Assembly (NCBI GenBank): GCA_049274895.1
Contig: JBASTM010000008.1
Location: 645-64,644, forward strand
Source of the DNA: Minisyncoccia bacterium
Lineage (GTDB): Bacteria; Patescibacteriota; Minisyncoccia; JACQLN01
DNA: 64,000 nucleotides
Direction of reading: 5' to 3'
Numbering within the stretch: position 1 is the first letter of the stretch; each line of letters begins with the position of its first letter. Positions 45,283 through 53,264 of this stretch are shown one piece after another. The translations under genes were made by a program, and so were the position numbers. The notes beneath the pieces were generated by a model, which worked only from the letters and a program-made list of their open reading frames with translations, was not told the DNA's origin and did no database searches.

Positions 45283-46851
45283 TTATTGTTGTAAAGTCGT
45301 TTTGACGGTAAGCGGAATCTTAAACACCGCTTCTTGTTTGTTTTCAAAAACCAGCGGGAATTTGGCGTCTTGAACCCAGTAGAAAAATGTTCGGGGATTT
45401 TGGGCTTTTCGCAAAACCACGTAACTAGCTTTGAAATCATCGGCTAAAACCCGGGCGGTGTCTTCCACTTCTTCGGCGGTGCATCTTAACCGGCCGCAGG
45501 TTTGATTATAGGCCTCGTCGGTGGTGAACATAAAATGGTTTTTCCAGTAAAGCGCCGGATCATAGGTGTACTGAAAAATCGGATCCATGCCGTTAATGTA
45601 GTAATTGTTCTTATTCCAAAACATCAGCGCGCCGAACTGATCCCAGTTGGTATAGAAAACTATTTCGCCCGCGCGAGTGTTGGCTTTAAGCCACAAGGCC
45701 GACTCTTTCAGATAGGAGGGCACCCAGGCACCATCGTTATATTTTTTGAACAAAGTTAAAGAGTTTAAGCCCAGAACCCCGATGAGTATTATCAAACCGG
45801 ATAACAGCGCGTTTTTTCTGTTCGGCGCGGCGTTTTTTAGATATAAAGTTAGAGCGGCGGCCGAGGCAATTACGGCAAACGCGGTAAAAATGTCGTAACT
45901 GCGCCGGGCTACGAATACCGTCACGAAGAAAAAGATCACGGAAATTACTAAAGCCGAGAGAAATATGTTTTTTTGCGCGTTTGATTCTGGGTCGTATGTT
46001 TTTCGGGAGGCGATTCGGTATAAAAATAGGCCTGCGAGCAGAATTAAAATAACGAGCGGCGTGTTTCTTAAAAACATGTCCCAGCCCGGCGGCCTTAATT
46101 CACGACCGAAGGTTAGGGGAATGTTTTGCAGTTTAATGGCGACGATTTGAACCACCTGAATATAGGCGAGCTTAACGGCGCCCCAAGGGTGGGGCCGCGC
46201 CAGGATGCCGATAACTGACCCGGCGATTAAATAGATTAGATTTATCCACCTGACCGGTTCTCGGCGAGCTTTAAGAATCAAACTGGATACCAGCGCGATA
46301 AATATGGGCAGCCAGCTAAGGGCGATATGCAAGAAAGCCGACAGAAAACCCAAAAGCGCGAAAGCCGTTTTCCGGCCTCGGGTCAGCGCGAGCGCGAAAA
46401 CGATTAAAATTATCGCGAGCGAAAGGTTATGCGGCCGGGTCATGGTCAAGCGGTATAAAACATCGGGCGCGGCGAGCGTAAAAATAAAAATCCAAACCAA
46501 CGGCCAGGTTATTTTTAACCGCGTCAGCACCCAATAAAATCCGGTCAAAGTCAGAAAAGTTATCACAGCTCCCGCGATCTTGATGTTTAAGATGTCGCCT
46601 TTGATATAGGTGAATGGAATCAAAAACAGATGAAAGCCGTACCAGATGTCGGCTTTGAGGTTCTTGATGATTGAGAACTGGGCCCAGGGAAACTCGCCGT
46701 AAAAAACGCCGCGCTCGGCGTATATCTGGGCATGGGCCAAGTGGTAAAAAGAATCCGGATCGGCAATATTGGGTGTGGAGAATTGCAGGGCCGTTGATAC
46801 CACTAGTAGCACCACTGCAACACCGATTGTTTTTATAAAACTATTTTTCAT
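45283..46851 (-). CDS. Polytopic membrane protein, putative GT-C fold glycosyltransferase
   Basis: More than 10 TM helices with a soluble C-terminal domain; adjacent to the ArnT-like gene with a 11-nt overlap. Confidence 0.4.
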   Translation of the reverse strand: MKNSFIKTIGVAVVLLVVSTALQFSTPNIADPDSFYHLAHAQIYAERGVFYGEFPWAQFSIIKNLKADIWYGFHLFLIPFTYIKGDILNIKIAGAVITFLTLTGFYWVLTRLKITWPLVWIFIFTLAAPDVLYRLTMTRPHNLSLAIILIVFALALTRGRKTAFALLGFLSAFLHIALSWLPIFIALVSSLILKARREPVRWINLIYLIAGSVIGILARPHPWGAVKLAYIQVVQIVAIKLQNIPLTFGRELRPPGWDMFLRNTPLVILILLAGLFLYRIASRKTYDPESNAQKNIFLSALVISVIFFFVTVFVARRSYDIFTAFAVIASAAALTLYLKNAAPNRKNALLSGLIILIGVLGLNSLTLFKKYNDGAWVPSYLKESALWLKANTRAGEIVFYTNWDQFGALMFWNKNNYYINGMDPIFQYTYDPALYWKNHFMFTTDEAYNQTCGRLRCTAEEVEDTARVLADDFKASYVVLRKAQNPRTFFYWVQDAKFPLVFENKQEAVFKIPLTVKTTLQQ

Positions 46852-48253
46852 CTATCAAATGGACTAAAGTCAGATACTCCCCGCGGTAGGGAGCGGGCAA
46901 GTGGGCGAGCTCGCTATTTAATTCAAAAACCTCGGTGGGCATTATGAGCCACGAGGGAATATGCGGCGCGCGGCCGGTGTTAAATTGCAGCGAATCAGTC
47001 AGCTCGTTGGAATAATGCCTGATAGTGTTGTGATGGTTCCAGTTGAAGATATTTATCTCTTCGCTGCCGTGTTGATCGGCGAGGTATAAACCGATGGTTT
47101 TTTCATCAGCCGCGGCGCGGGTGACGTATATTTGCGGGTAAAAAAATTCACTTAAGCCGTAATATCCAAAAACAAATATGATTATTACAACCGCCGCGTG
47201 TATCAACCAGTGTCGGCGGTTTGTTATCTTTCTGATGCCAAAATAAGCGAGTCCGCCAGCGATGGCCGCAAAAGGATAAAGCGGGGTATAGTAGGTTACC
47301 AATTTGGTCTGGGAAAAAGAAAATAGGGTGAAAATAAAAACCACACTGGCTAAGGCCGCCGCCAAGTGCTTCGGCCTCACTCCGATTCTTTTTCTGTTTT
47401 TATAAAAAACAGGCAGGATGATGGTGCAGATTAAAATCAAAGGCAGGATGGGTTGGGCTAATTTCCAAAGCGAGTAGAGATAATAGCCCACGGTGATTTT
47501 GCTGCCCAGAATATTTTCGTTAAACCGTTCCAGGATGTGATAACCTAAATAATCCTGCCAGAAAGCTCTGCCGAATTTTGTGCTTTCGTAGATATGCCAG
47601 GGAGAAGCGATTAAAAATCCGGCCAGACCGCCCAGCCAGAAGAATTTGTTTTTTAACCAGTGCCATTGCTGGGTAGCGAGCGACCAGATCAAGATTATAG
47701 GGACGGCCAAGAGGCCGATAATGCTTTTGAATAAAATCCCCAAACCGATGCTTACACCTATGCCGGCCAGATATTTTGATTTGCCCGCGCCGACCAAGTA
47801 GAAATACAGAGCCGCCAAGAGGCAGGCGGTTACCGGCGTATCCATACGCATATTGCGCGTGGCCGCGGTGAAAAAAGGAATCAGGGTCAAAATCAAACCG
47901 GCCAATAGGGCGGCCGGCCGGTCTTGGGTCAGTGTGAGCACAATCAAATACGCCAGTAGCGCCGAGACGATTCCTAAGAGCGCCGAAGGGAATCTAAGCG
48001 CGAATTCGTTGAACCCAAAAACCTTTACGCTCGCCGCCGCCAGCCAAAAATAGAGCGGCGGCTTTTCAAACCAATTGTTGCCAAAATATTCAAAACTTAA
48101 AAAATCGTTCCGCTCAAAACTGCTTCTTAAAACCGAGGCGTAAGTGGCTTCGTCGTAATCTTCCAGCGGCCGCTCGCCCAGGTTGACCAAATAAAAAAGC
48201 GAAGCTATTAAAATCAGGCACAAAATAGGCCACCGCTGTTTAATTTTGATCAT
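46841..48253 (-). CDS. ArnT/PMT-family (GT39/GT83-like) membrane glycosyltransferase
   Basis: N-terminal loop RPLEDYDEATYASV (DE motif of the ArnT/PMT families) and multiple TM helices. Confidence 0.55.
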   Translation of the reverse strand: MIKIKQRWPILCLILIASLFYLVNLGERPLEDYDEATYASVLRSSFERNDFLSFEYFGNNWFEKPPLYFWLAAASVKVFGFNEFALRFPSALLGIVSALLAYLIVLTLTQDRPAALLAGLILTLIPFFTAATRNMRMDTPVTACLLAALYFYLVGAGKSKYLAGIGVSIGLGILFKSIIGLLAVPIILIWSLATQQWHWLKNKFFWLGGLAGFLIASPWHIYESTKFGRAFWQDYLGYHILERFNENILGSKITVGYYLYSLWKLAQPILPLILICTIILPVFYKNRKRIGVRPKHLAAALASVVFIFTLFSFSQTKLVTYYTPLYPFAAIAGGLAYFGIRKITNRRHWLIHAAVVIIIFVFGYYGLSEFFYPQIYVTRAAADEKTIGLYLADQHGSEEINIFNWNHHNTIRHYSNELTDSLQFNTGRAPHIPSWLIMPTEVFELNSELAHLPAPYRGEYLTLVHLIDEK

Positions 48254-48314
48254 TTTAGATAAGCTTAAATCACCCTTTCACAAATAGCAATTTTGTGTTA
48301 GTTTTCTAACTATT

Positions 48315-48719
48315 GTGGGGTCGTCCATTAAAATGAAAAAGGATTTTCAAAAATGGCATAACCAAAAACGGCATATTGAAAATGAGCGGCCGCGCGTATT
48401 TTTTAAGGAACGGGAAATTTGGTTTTGCCACCTTGGCGAAAATGTCGGTTTTGAACAAGATGGCAGGGGCGATGAATTTCTGCGCCCGATAGTGGTATTA
48501 AAAAAATTCAATAATGAAGTCCTCTGGGTAGTTCCTTTAACCAAAACCGATAAGAAAAATAAGTATTATTTTCCATTTTCTTTCAATAATGAAACAAGTG
48601 TTGCCATATTATCGCAAATACGGCTTGTTGATGCCAAGCGCTTAAAATACAAGATGGGTGATATGAAAGTTGAGTATTTTAAGGTCCTAAAGAACAAAAT
48701 CAGGCAATTTCTTGCCTGA
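48315..48719 (+). CDS. MazF/PemK-like toxin-fold protein (no obvious adjacent antitoxin)
   Basis: REIWFCHLGENVGFEQDGRGDEFLRPIVVL…VVPLTKTDKK resembles the MazF/Kid pattern. Confidence 0.4.
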   Translation: MGSSIKMKKDFQKWHNQKRHIENERPRVFFKEREIWFCHLGENVGFEQDGRGDEFLRPIVVLKKFNNEVLWVVPLTKTDKKNKYYFPFSFNNETSVAILSQIRLVDAKRLKYKMGDMKVEYFKVLKNKIRQFLA

Positions 48720-48833
48720 TTTTGTTTGTTACCCCCTTACGGGGGAGGGCCGAAGCCATTTGTAAGCATAAGTATATTCCTTACTGGTTTTGTTGTCAAT
48801 ATGTAGTGATTTTTGATATACTGCCTTTGAATT

Positions 48834-48904
48834 TGCGGGGTCATCTAATGGTAGGATACATGACTCTGAATCATGTCATCTAGGTTCGAATCCTAGCCCC
48901 GCAG
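48834..48904 (+). tRNA. tRNA-Gln (anticodon CTG)
   Basis: U1-A72 acceptor TGCGGGG, anticodon stem-loop CATGA-CTCTGAA-TCATG and T-arm CTAGG-TTCGAAT-CCTAG; the cca ATG lies 8 nt downstream. Confidence 0.8.
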
Positions 48905-48911
48905 CTGATAG

Positions 48912-50369
48912 ATGAAGAATCTCAAAATCCCCGATTACGTAAAAAACATATTAAGCCAGCTGGAGAAAGCCGGATACCAAGCGTATCTGGTGGGCGGGTG
49001 CGTGCGCGATTTACTGATGGATCGTGTGCCTTGGGATTGGGATGTAACCACCAATGCCAAACCGGAGGCGATCCAAAAGATATTTACCGACAGCGTCTAT
49101 GAAAATGATTTTGGCACGGTGGGAGTCAAAATCAGACACAGCGAGGATAGAACCGAGATCGTGGAGGTGACGCCTTACCGCAAAGAGGAATCATACAGCG
49201 ACAAGCGTCATCCCGACCGAGTCATATTTACGGAAGGCGTTGAGGAGGATTTGGCCCGGAGGGATTTTACCGTAAATGCTTTGGCGATGGATTCTAAAGG
49301 GAATATTATTGATCCTTTTGATGGCGAGAAAGACATTAAATCAAAAATCATTCGGGCGGTGGGTGAGCCGGAAAAAAGGTTTGAAGAAGATGCCTTGCGC
49401 CTGATGCGGGCGGTGCGGCTCGCGGCTCAACTGGATTTTGAAATTGAGTCCCAGACCAAATCGGCCATCAAATCAAAAGCCGGTTTGCTAAAAATGATCG
49501 CCCACGAAAGAATCCGCGACGAATTGATCAAACTGGTTGAATCGGACAACCCGGAGAGGGGTATTGTGCTGATGCAGGAACTAGGCCTTTTGAAAATCGT
49601 TTTGCCGGAAGTGGAAGAAGGTGTGGGCGTGGCCCAAAACAAGCACCATATTTATAATGTTTTTGAACATTTGGTAAAGTCGCTGGGCTGGGCGGCCAAA
49701 TACGGTTTTAACGTCTACGTTAGATTCGCCAGTTTGCTGCACGACGTGGGCAAACCCCGGGCTAAAGAAGGCGAGGGGCCGGAGGCCAGTTTCCACGGTC
49801 ACGAATTTATCGGCGCCAAGATGACGGCCCGGGCTTTGGAGCGCTTAAAATTCCCCAAGGATTTTATAGAAAAAGTTTACACGCTGGTGCGCTACCATAT
49901 GTTTTATTACAACGTGGATGAGGTTACGGAGAGGTCAGTCCGCCGGCTGGTGCGCAAAGCCGGGCCGGAAAATATGGCCGAGCTGTTGGAACTGCGGCAA
50001 GCGGAACGCAAGGGCTCGGGCGTGCCCAAAGCCGAGCCCTACAAACTGCGCCACCTAAAGTATATGATAGAGAAAGTTTCACGAGATCCGCTGACGGTGG
50101 GCATGTTAAAAGTGAACGGCGACGATGTGATGCAAACGCTCGGTGTTGAGCCCGGACCCAAAGTGGGCTATATTCTTAATGCCTTGCTGGAGGAGGTGAT
50201 TGACGAACCCGGCCGCAACGACCGCGAACATTTGTTGGATCGGATGAAAGAATTGAACCAGCTGCCGCTCTCGGAATTGGTGAAACTGGCCGAATCGGGC
50301 AAAGAAAAATTGGGGGAGGAAAAAGAAAAAGAGGATGAAGGGATAAAAGAGAAATACTATGTGAAATAA
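48912..50369 (+). CDS. cca: CCA-adding enzyme / poly(A)-polymerase family with HD domain
   Basis: LVGGCVRDLLMDRVPWDWDV nucleotidyltransferase head and an HD domain (HDVGK…H). Confidence 0.75.
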   Translation: MKNLKIPDYVKNILSQLEKAGYQAYLVGGCVRDLLMDRVPWDWDVTTNAKPEAIQKIFTDSVYENDFGTVGVKIRHSEDRTEIVEVTPYRKEESYSDKRHPDRVIFTEGVEEDLARRDFTVNALAMDSKGNIIDPFDGEKDIKSKIIRAVGEPEKRFEEDALRLMRAVRLAAQLDFEIESQTKSAIKSKAGLLKMIAHERIRDELIKLVESDNPERGIVLMQELGLLKIVLPEVEEGVGVAQNKHHIYNVFEHLVKSLGWAAKYGFNVYVRFASLLHDVGKPRAKEGEGPEASFHGHEFIGAKMTARALERLKFPKDFIEKVYTLVRYHMFYYNVDEVTERSVRRLVRKAGPENMAELLELRQAERKGSGVPKAEPYKLRHLKYMIEKVSRDPLTVGMLKVNGDDVMQTLGVEPGPKVGYILNALLEEVIDEPGRNDREHLLDRMKELNQLPLSELVKLAESGKEKLGEEKEKEDEGIKEKYYVK

Positions 50370-50370
50370 T

Positions 50371-50396
50371 TTCCCAGACGTCGGACGTCTGGGAAG
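50371..50396. repeat. Palindrome TTCCCAGACGTCGGACGTCTGGGAA (near-identical copy at 52522-52548)
   Basis: Perfect inverted repeat immediately after the cca stop; no U-run on the + strand. Confidence 0.6.
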
Positions 50397-50409
50397 AACG
50401 GGCCATCGT

Positions 50410-50445
50410 ATACCGGTAGTACGCACGTTTTGGGGTCCGTTCCTC
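50410..50445 (+). other. tRNA 5'-half-like fragment (acceptor plus D-arm) upstream of tRNA-Pro
   Basis: CGGGCCATCGTATACCGGTAGTACGCACG has the same D-arm as tRNA-Pro; its acceptor complement TGGCCCG lies after a T-arm-like GACTGGGTTCAATTCCCAGT at 50632-50660. Confidence 0.35.
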
Positions 50446-50459
50446 TGGTCGGGGAATAG

Positions 50460-50533
50460 TATACCGGTAGTACGTGCGCTTCGGGTGCGTAAAGACCGGG
50501 TTCGATTCCCGGTTCCCCGACCAGAGGAACGGA
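50460..50533 (+). tRNA. tRNA-Pro (anticodon CGG) with encoded CCA
   Basis: CGGGGAA acceptor, anticodon loop TTCGGGT, T-arm CCGGG-TTCGATT-CCCGG and ACCA; its 5' and 3' flanks form a perfect 16-bp leader/trailer helix (GGTCCGTTCCTCTGGT / GACCAGAGGAACGGAC). Confidence 0.75.
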
Positions 50534-50767
50534 CGGGAATGCTACGGATAGCATTCCCCGGAAATTTACGAAGTAAATTTGTGTAGACTGGGTTCAATTC
50601 CCAGTGGCCCGACTGACGAACGAAGGTGAACACATTCGCCGCGCTCGGCTCAGCATCTTCCTCACTCTTGTTTGTCGAGAAGTACTGAGGTCACCAGACC
50701 GAATGTACTGAACGAAAAGGACTCATAGTTAAGTGGTATAACGGTGCATTCGTCCCGCTGGATTTTC

Positions 50768-50841
50768 GGGGGTATAGTATAGCGGTAATACGCGGCATTC
50801 GCATTGCCGAGACCTGGGTTCGATTCCCAGTACCTCCACCA
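50768..50841 (+). tRNA. tRNA-Ala (anticodon CGC) with encoded CCA
   Basis: GGGGGTA acceptor, anticodon stem-loop CGGCA-TTCGCAT-TGCCG and T-arm CTGGG-TTCGATT-CCCAG; flanks GGATTTTCGGG / CCCGAAAATCC form an 11-bp helix. Confidence 0.75.
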
Positions 50842-50985
50842 TACTCCCGAAAATCCCACGGGATTGCGATTTGTAGCTCCGACTTGTCGTCGGAGACAAA
50901 TCGGGAACATTGCTTGGCAATCGGAGCGATTCCGCCGGGTCCACCGAGCTCAACTCGGTCCACTGAAACTTTTTCTCAATCAAGG

Positions 50986-50991
50986 TATAAT
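50986..50991 (+). promoter_or_regulatory. TATAAT -10 box 8 nt upstream of the ATG (leaderless start) for the C39-like peptidase gene
   Basis: caaggTATAATacttaacaATG with no SD. Confidence 0.4.
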
Positions 50992-50999
50992 ACTTAACA

Positions 51000-51764
51000 A
51001 TGGCCAGAATCAAAAAGACTCTCGTAATCCCATCGGCTATTTTAATAACGGTGGCCGGTTTTTATTTCACTCCCATCGGTGGAATAGTCGGCGAAGCCAT
51101 CAATACTTGGTCCATCAAACTGGCCCGCGTGGAAAAAGAAATAATGTACTCGGCCCAGGCGTTGCAGTTTTTTGGAGCCAAGCCCGATGTTAACCTTAAT
51201 GTCCCTTTCCACCGGCAGGAGCACGCTTTGTCGTGCGAGATCGCGGCTTTGAAAATGGCGCTTAATTATCACGGCCAGGTGGTGTCCGAAGGCGAACTGT
51301 TAAAAGACCTGCCTTTTGACACCGCGGATTCCAGAAGTTCGGGCAACATTTGGGGCGATCCGGACAGGGGTTTTGTGGGCGACATTGACGGCAAAGTGCC
51401 CCACGGCGGCTATGGAGTTTATGAAGACCCCATAGTCAATTTGGCCTTGCGGTATCGCGACGCTAAAAAATTGGAGAATGCCACTCTGTTTGATGTTTTG
51501 ACCGAAGTGGCCGGCGGCAATCCGGTTATCGTTTGGGGTTTTATCGCGTCGGGTAAGGATATTTCTTGGCGCACTAAGGAAGACAAATACATTAAAGCCG
51601 TTTTCGGCGAACATACGCGAGTTATTACCGGATTTTCCGGCACGCCCGAGAATCCTAAAACCATTACATTGTTGGATCCTATTTACGGCAAAATCAGAAT
51701 GTCGGCTAAGGGCTTTGAAGGCAACTGGGCCCGATTGGGCAATAAAGCCATAGTGGTATATTGA
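51000..51764 (+). CDS. Papain-fold cysteine peptidase, C39-like (C39_2/YvpB-like)
   Basis: N-terminal TM/signal, then Q…LSCEIAALKMAL (Cys) and a downstream His region. Confidence 0.45.
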   Translation: MARIKKTLVIPSAILITVAGFYFTPIGGIVGEAINTWSIKLARVEKEIMYSAQALQFFGAKPDVNLNVPFHRQEHALSCEIAALKMALNYHGQVVSEGELLKDLPFDTADSRSSGNIWGDPDRGFVGDIDGKVPHGGYGVYEDPIVNLALRYRDAKKLENATLFDVLTEVAGGNPVIVWGFIASGKDISWRTKEDKYIKAVFGEHTRVITGFSGTPENPKTITLLDPIYGKIRMSAKGFEGNWARLGNKAIVVY

Positions 51765-51768
51765 TCAA

Positions 51769-52308
51769 ATGGAATTCCTAAAACGGCCGCTGGCTATAAC
51801 CGACGTAGAAACAACCGGTCTTGATTACGGCTTGCACGAGATAATAGAAATCGGCCTGGTTTTAGCCGACCAAAAAAATCTGAAGGTTTTGGACGAGTGG
51901 TCGGTTAAAGTGAAACCGCGCAAAATAAAAACGGCCGCCGAACCGGCGCTCAAAGTGGCTGGTTACAACAAACTGGATTGGCTGGAGGCCATCAGTTTGG
52001 AGGCGGCGATGGAAGTGTATTCCAAAAAAACCAAAAATGCCATTCTTGTGGCGCAAAACTCTTTTTTTGATTGGTCGTTTTTAAGCGAGGCCTTCAAAGC
52101 CACCGGCGTGGAGGACCATACCGATTACCATCGGGTGGATTTGTTCACCATCGGCTGGTCAAAGGCGCACGAACTCCACGGCCTTAAAAAATTTACCTTA
52201 AAAGAGATGTGCCGGTATTTTTGCCTTGAGCCCGAACCAATGCCGCACCGCGCCATAAACGGCGCTCGCAAAGCCCTGGAGGTTTTGAGAAAATTAAGAG
52301 GTGTTTAG
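51769..52308 (+). CDS. DEDD-family 3'-5' exonuclease (DnaQ/epsilon-like)
   Basis: Exo I motif ITDVETTGL and the H-containing Exo III region. Confidence 0.65.
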   Translation: MEFLKRPLAITDVETTGLDYGLHEIIEIGLVLADQKNLKVLDEWSVKVKPRKIKTAAEPALKVAGYNKLDWLEAISLEAAMEVYSKKTKNAILVAQNSFFDWSFLSEAFKATGVEDHTDYHRVDLFTIGWSKAHELHGLKKFTLKEMCRYFCLEPEPMPHRAINGARKALEVLRKLRGV

Positions 52309-52314
52309 AAGTAA

Positions 52315-52352
52315 ACGTGTCCCGAATATACGATCGTATATTCGGGACACGT
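52315..52352 (+). terminator. Perfect palindromic hairpin after the exonuclease gene
   Basis: ACGTGTCCCGAATATACGatcGTATATTCGGGACACGT. Confidence 0.35.
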
Positions 52353-52521
52353 TAGATTTGACGAATATGATAGTGGTATGTTATCTATTAGTCAGAAGTT
52401 CTTTTTATAAACTGGCCCGCTGAAAAGCCGCAAATAGCGGCGTAAAAAGCGACGCCACAAGCAATAGGAGGACTTGCCGTGAAACAGGCAACCTTGAAGC
52501 AGTCGGCCAAGATTCTCTCAC

Positions 52522-52555
52522 CACCCAGACGTCCGACGTCTGGGTGGATTTTTCT
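52522..52555 (+). terminator. Terminator hairpin (second copy of the CCCAGACGTCCGACGTCTGGG palindrome) plus ATTTTTC
   Basis: CCACCCAGACGTCCGACGTCTGGGTGG followed by a T-run. Confidence 0.5.
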
Positions 52556-53264
52556 AAAATCTATACCTTAACAAAGTCCAAATACCCTTTATACCGTCCA
52601 TAGCCCTGATCTTTTTTCCTTCAGCGAATTTGCGGGGGTAATAATGAATCGGAACTTCTTTGATCTTGTAGCCGAGTTTGAGTGTCTTGACCGTCAGCTC
52701 CATTTCCAACTCAAAACCTTTACTTTCTATGCCTGCCCCGTCAGAAACCCCGTTTCTAACGGGGTTTATTTTTCTAATTACTTCGGCCGGAAAAAGTTTG
52801 TAGCAAGTATATACGTCGGTCAACCGGGTGCCGAAAAATAAGTTGACCAGCATATCCAGCAATTTTGAACCGATTACATAGTGCGAATAGCCCCGCCGTT
52901 CGGGCCGCAGGTTGCGCGAGCCATACACAACCAAATCTTCGCGGCCGTCCAAAGCGTCCAATAATAGCCGTATATCCGCCGGATCGTATTCCAAGTCGGC
53001 GTCTTGGACGATAACCGCGTCGCCGGTCATCGCCTCCAGGCCGGTTTTTATGGCCGCGCCCTTGCCTTGGTTGGCGTCGTGCCGCAGATATTTTATCCGC
53101 CCCAGAAACGGTTTTATTTTCTCCGGCGTGGCGTCGCGAGAACAATCGTCCACCACGATTATTTCTTTTTCCCAGCCATCAAAATTCTGATCCAGCACTT
53201 TATCCAATACTTGAGCAATCGTCTCGGCCTCGTTATAGGCCGGAATGATTATTGATAATTTCAT
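52554..53264 (-). CDS. GT2 polyprenyl-phosphate glycosyltransferase (DPM1/ArnC-like)
   Basis: MKLSIIIPAYNEAETI…DDCSRD…; start trimmed to give a 4-nt overlap with the upstream GT-C-like gene. Confidence 0.7.
   Translation of the reverse strand: MKLSIIIPAYNEAETIAQVLDKVLDQNFDGWEKEIIVVDDCSRDATPEKIKPFLGRIKYLRHDANQGKGAAIKTGLEAMTGDAVIVQDADLEYDPADIRLLLDALDGREDLVVYGSRNLRPERRGYSHYVIGSKLLDMLVNLFFGTRLTDVYTCYKLFPAEVIRKINPVRNGVSDGAGIESKGFELEMELTVKTLKLGYKIKEVPIHYYPRKFAEGKKIRAMDGIKGIWTLLRYRF

Noticed and set aside
50410-50660. A complete split or intron-containing tRNA enclosing tRNA-Pro
   Set aside because: The acceptor, D-arm and T-arm pieces are present, but I could not find a complementary 3' strand for an anticodon stem. 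It is reported only as tRNA-half-like fragments.
50106-51013. Several overlapping ORFs of 60-175 aa across the tRNA cluster
   Set aside because: They overlap the tRNA-Pro/tRNA-Ala genes and the structured RNA region, on both strands, with Pro/Gly/Arg-rich translations.
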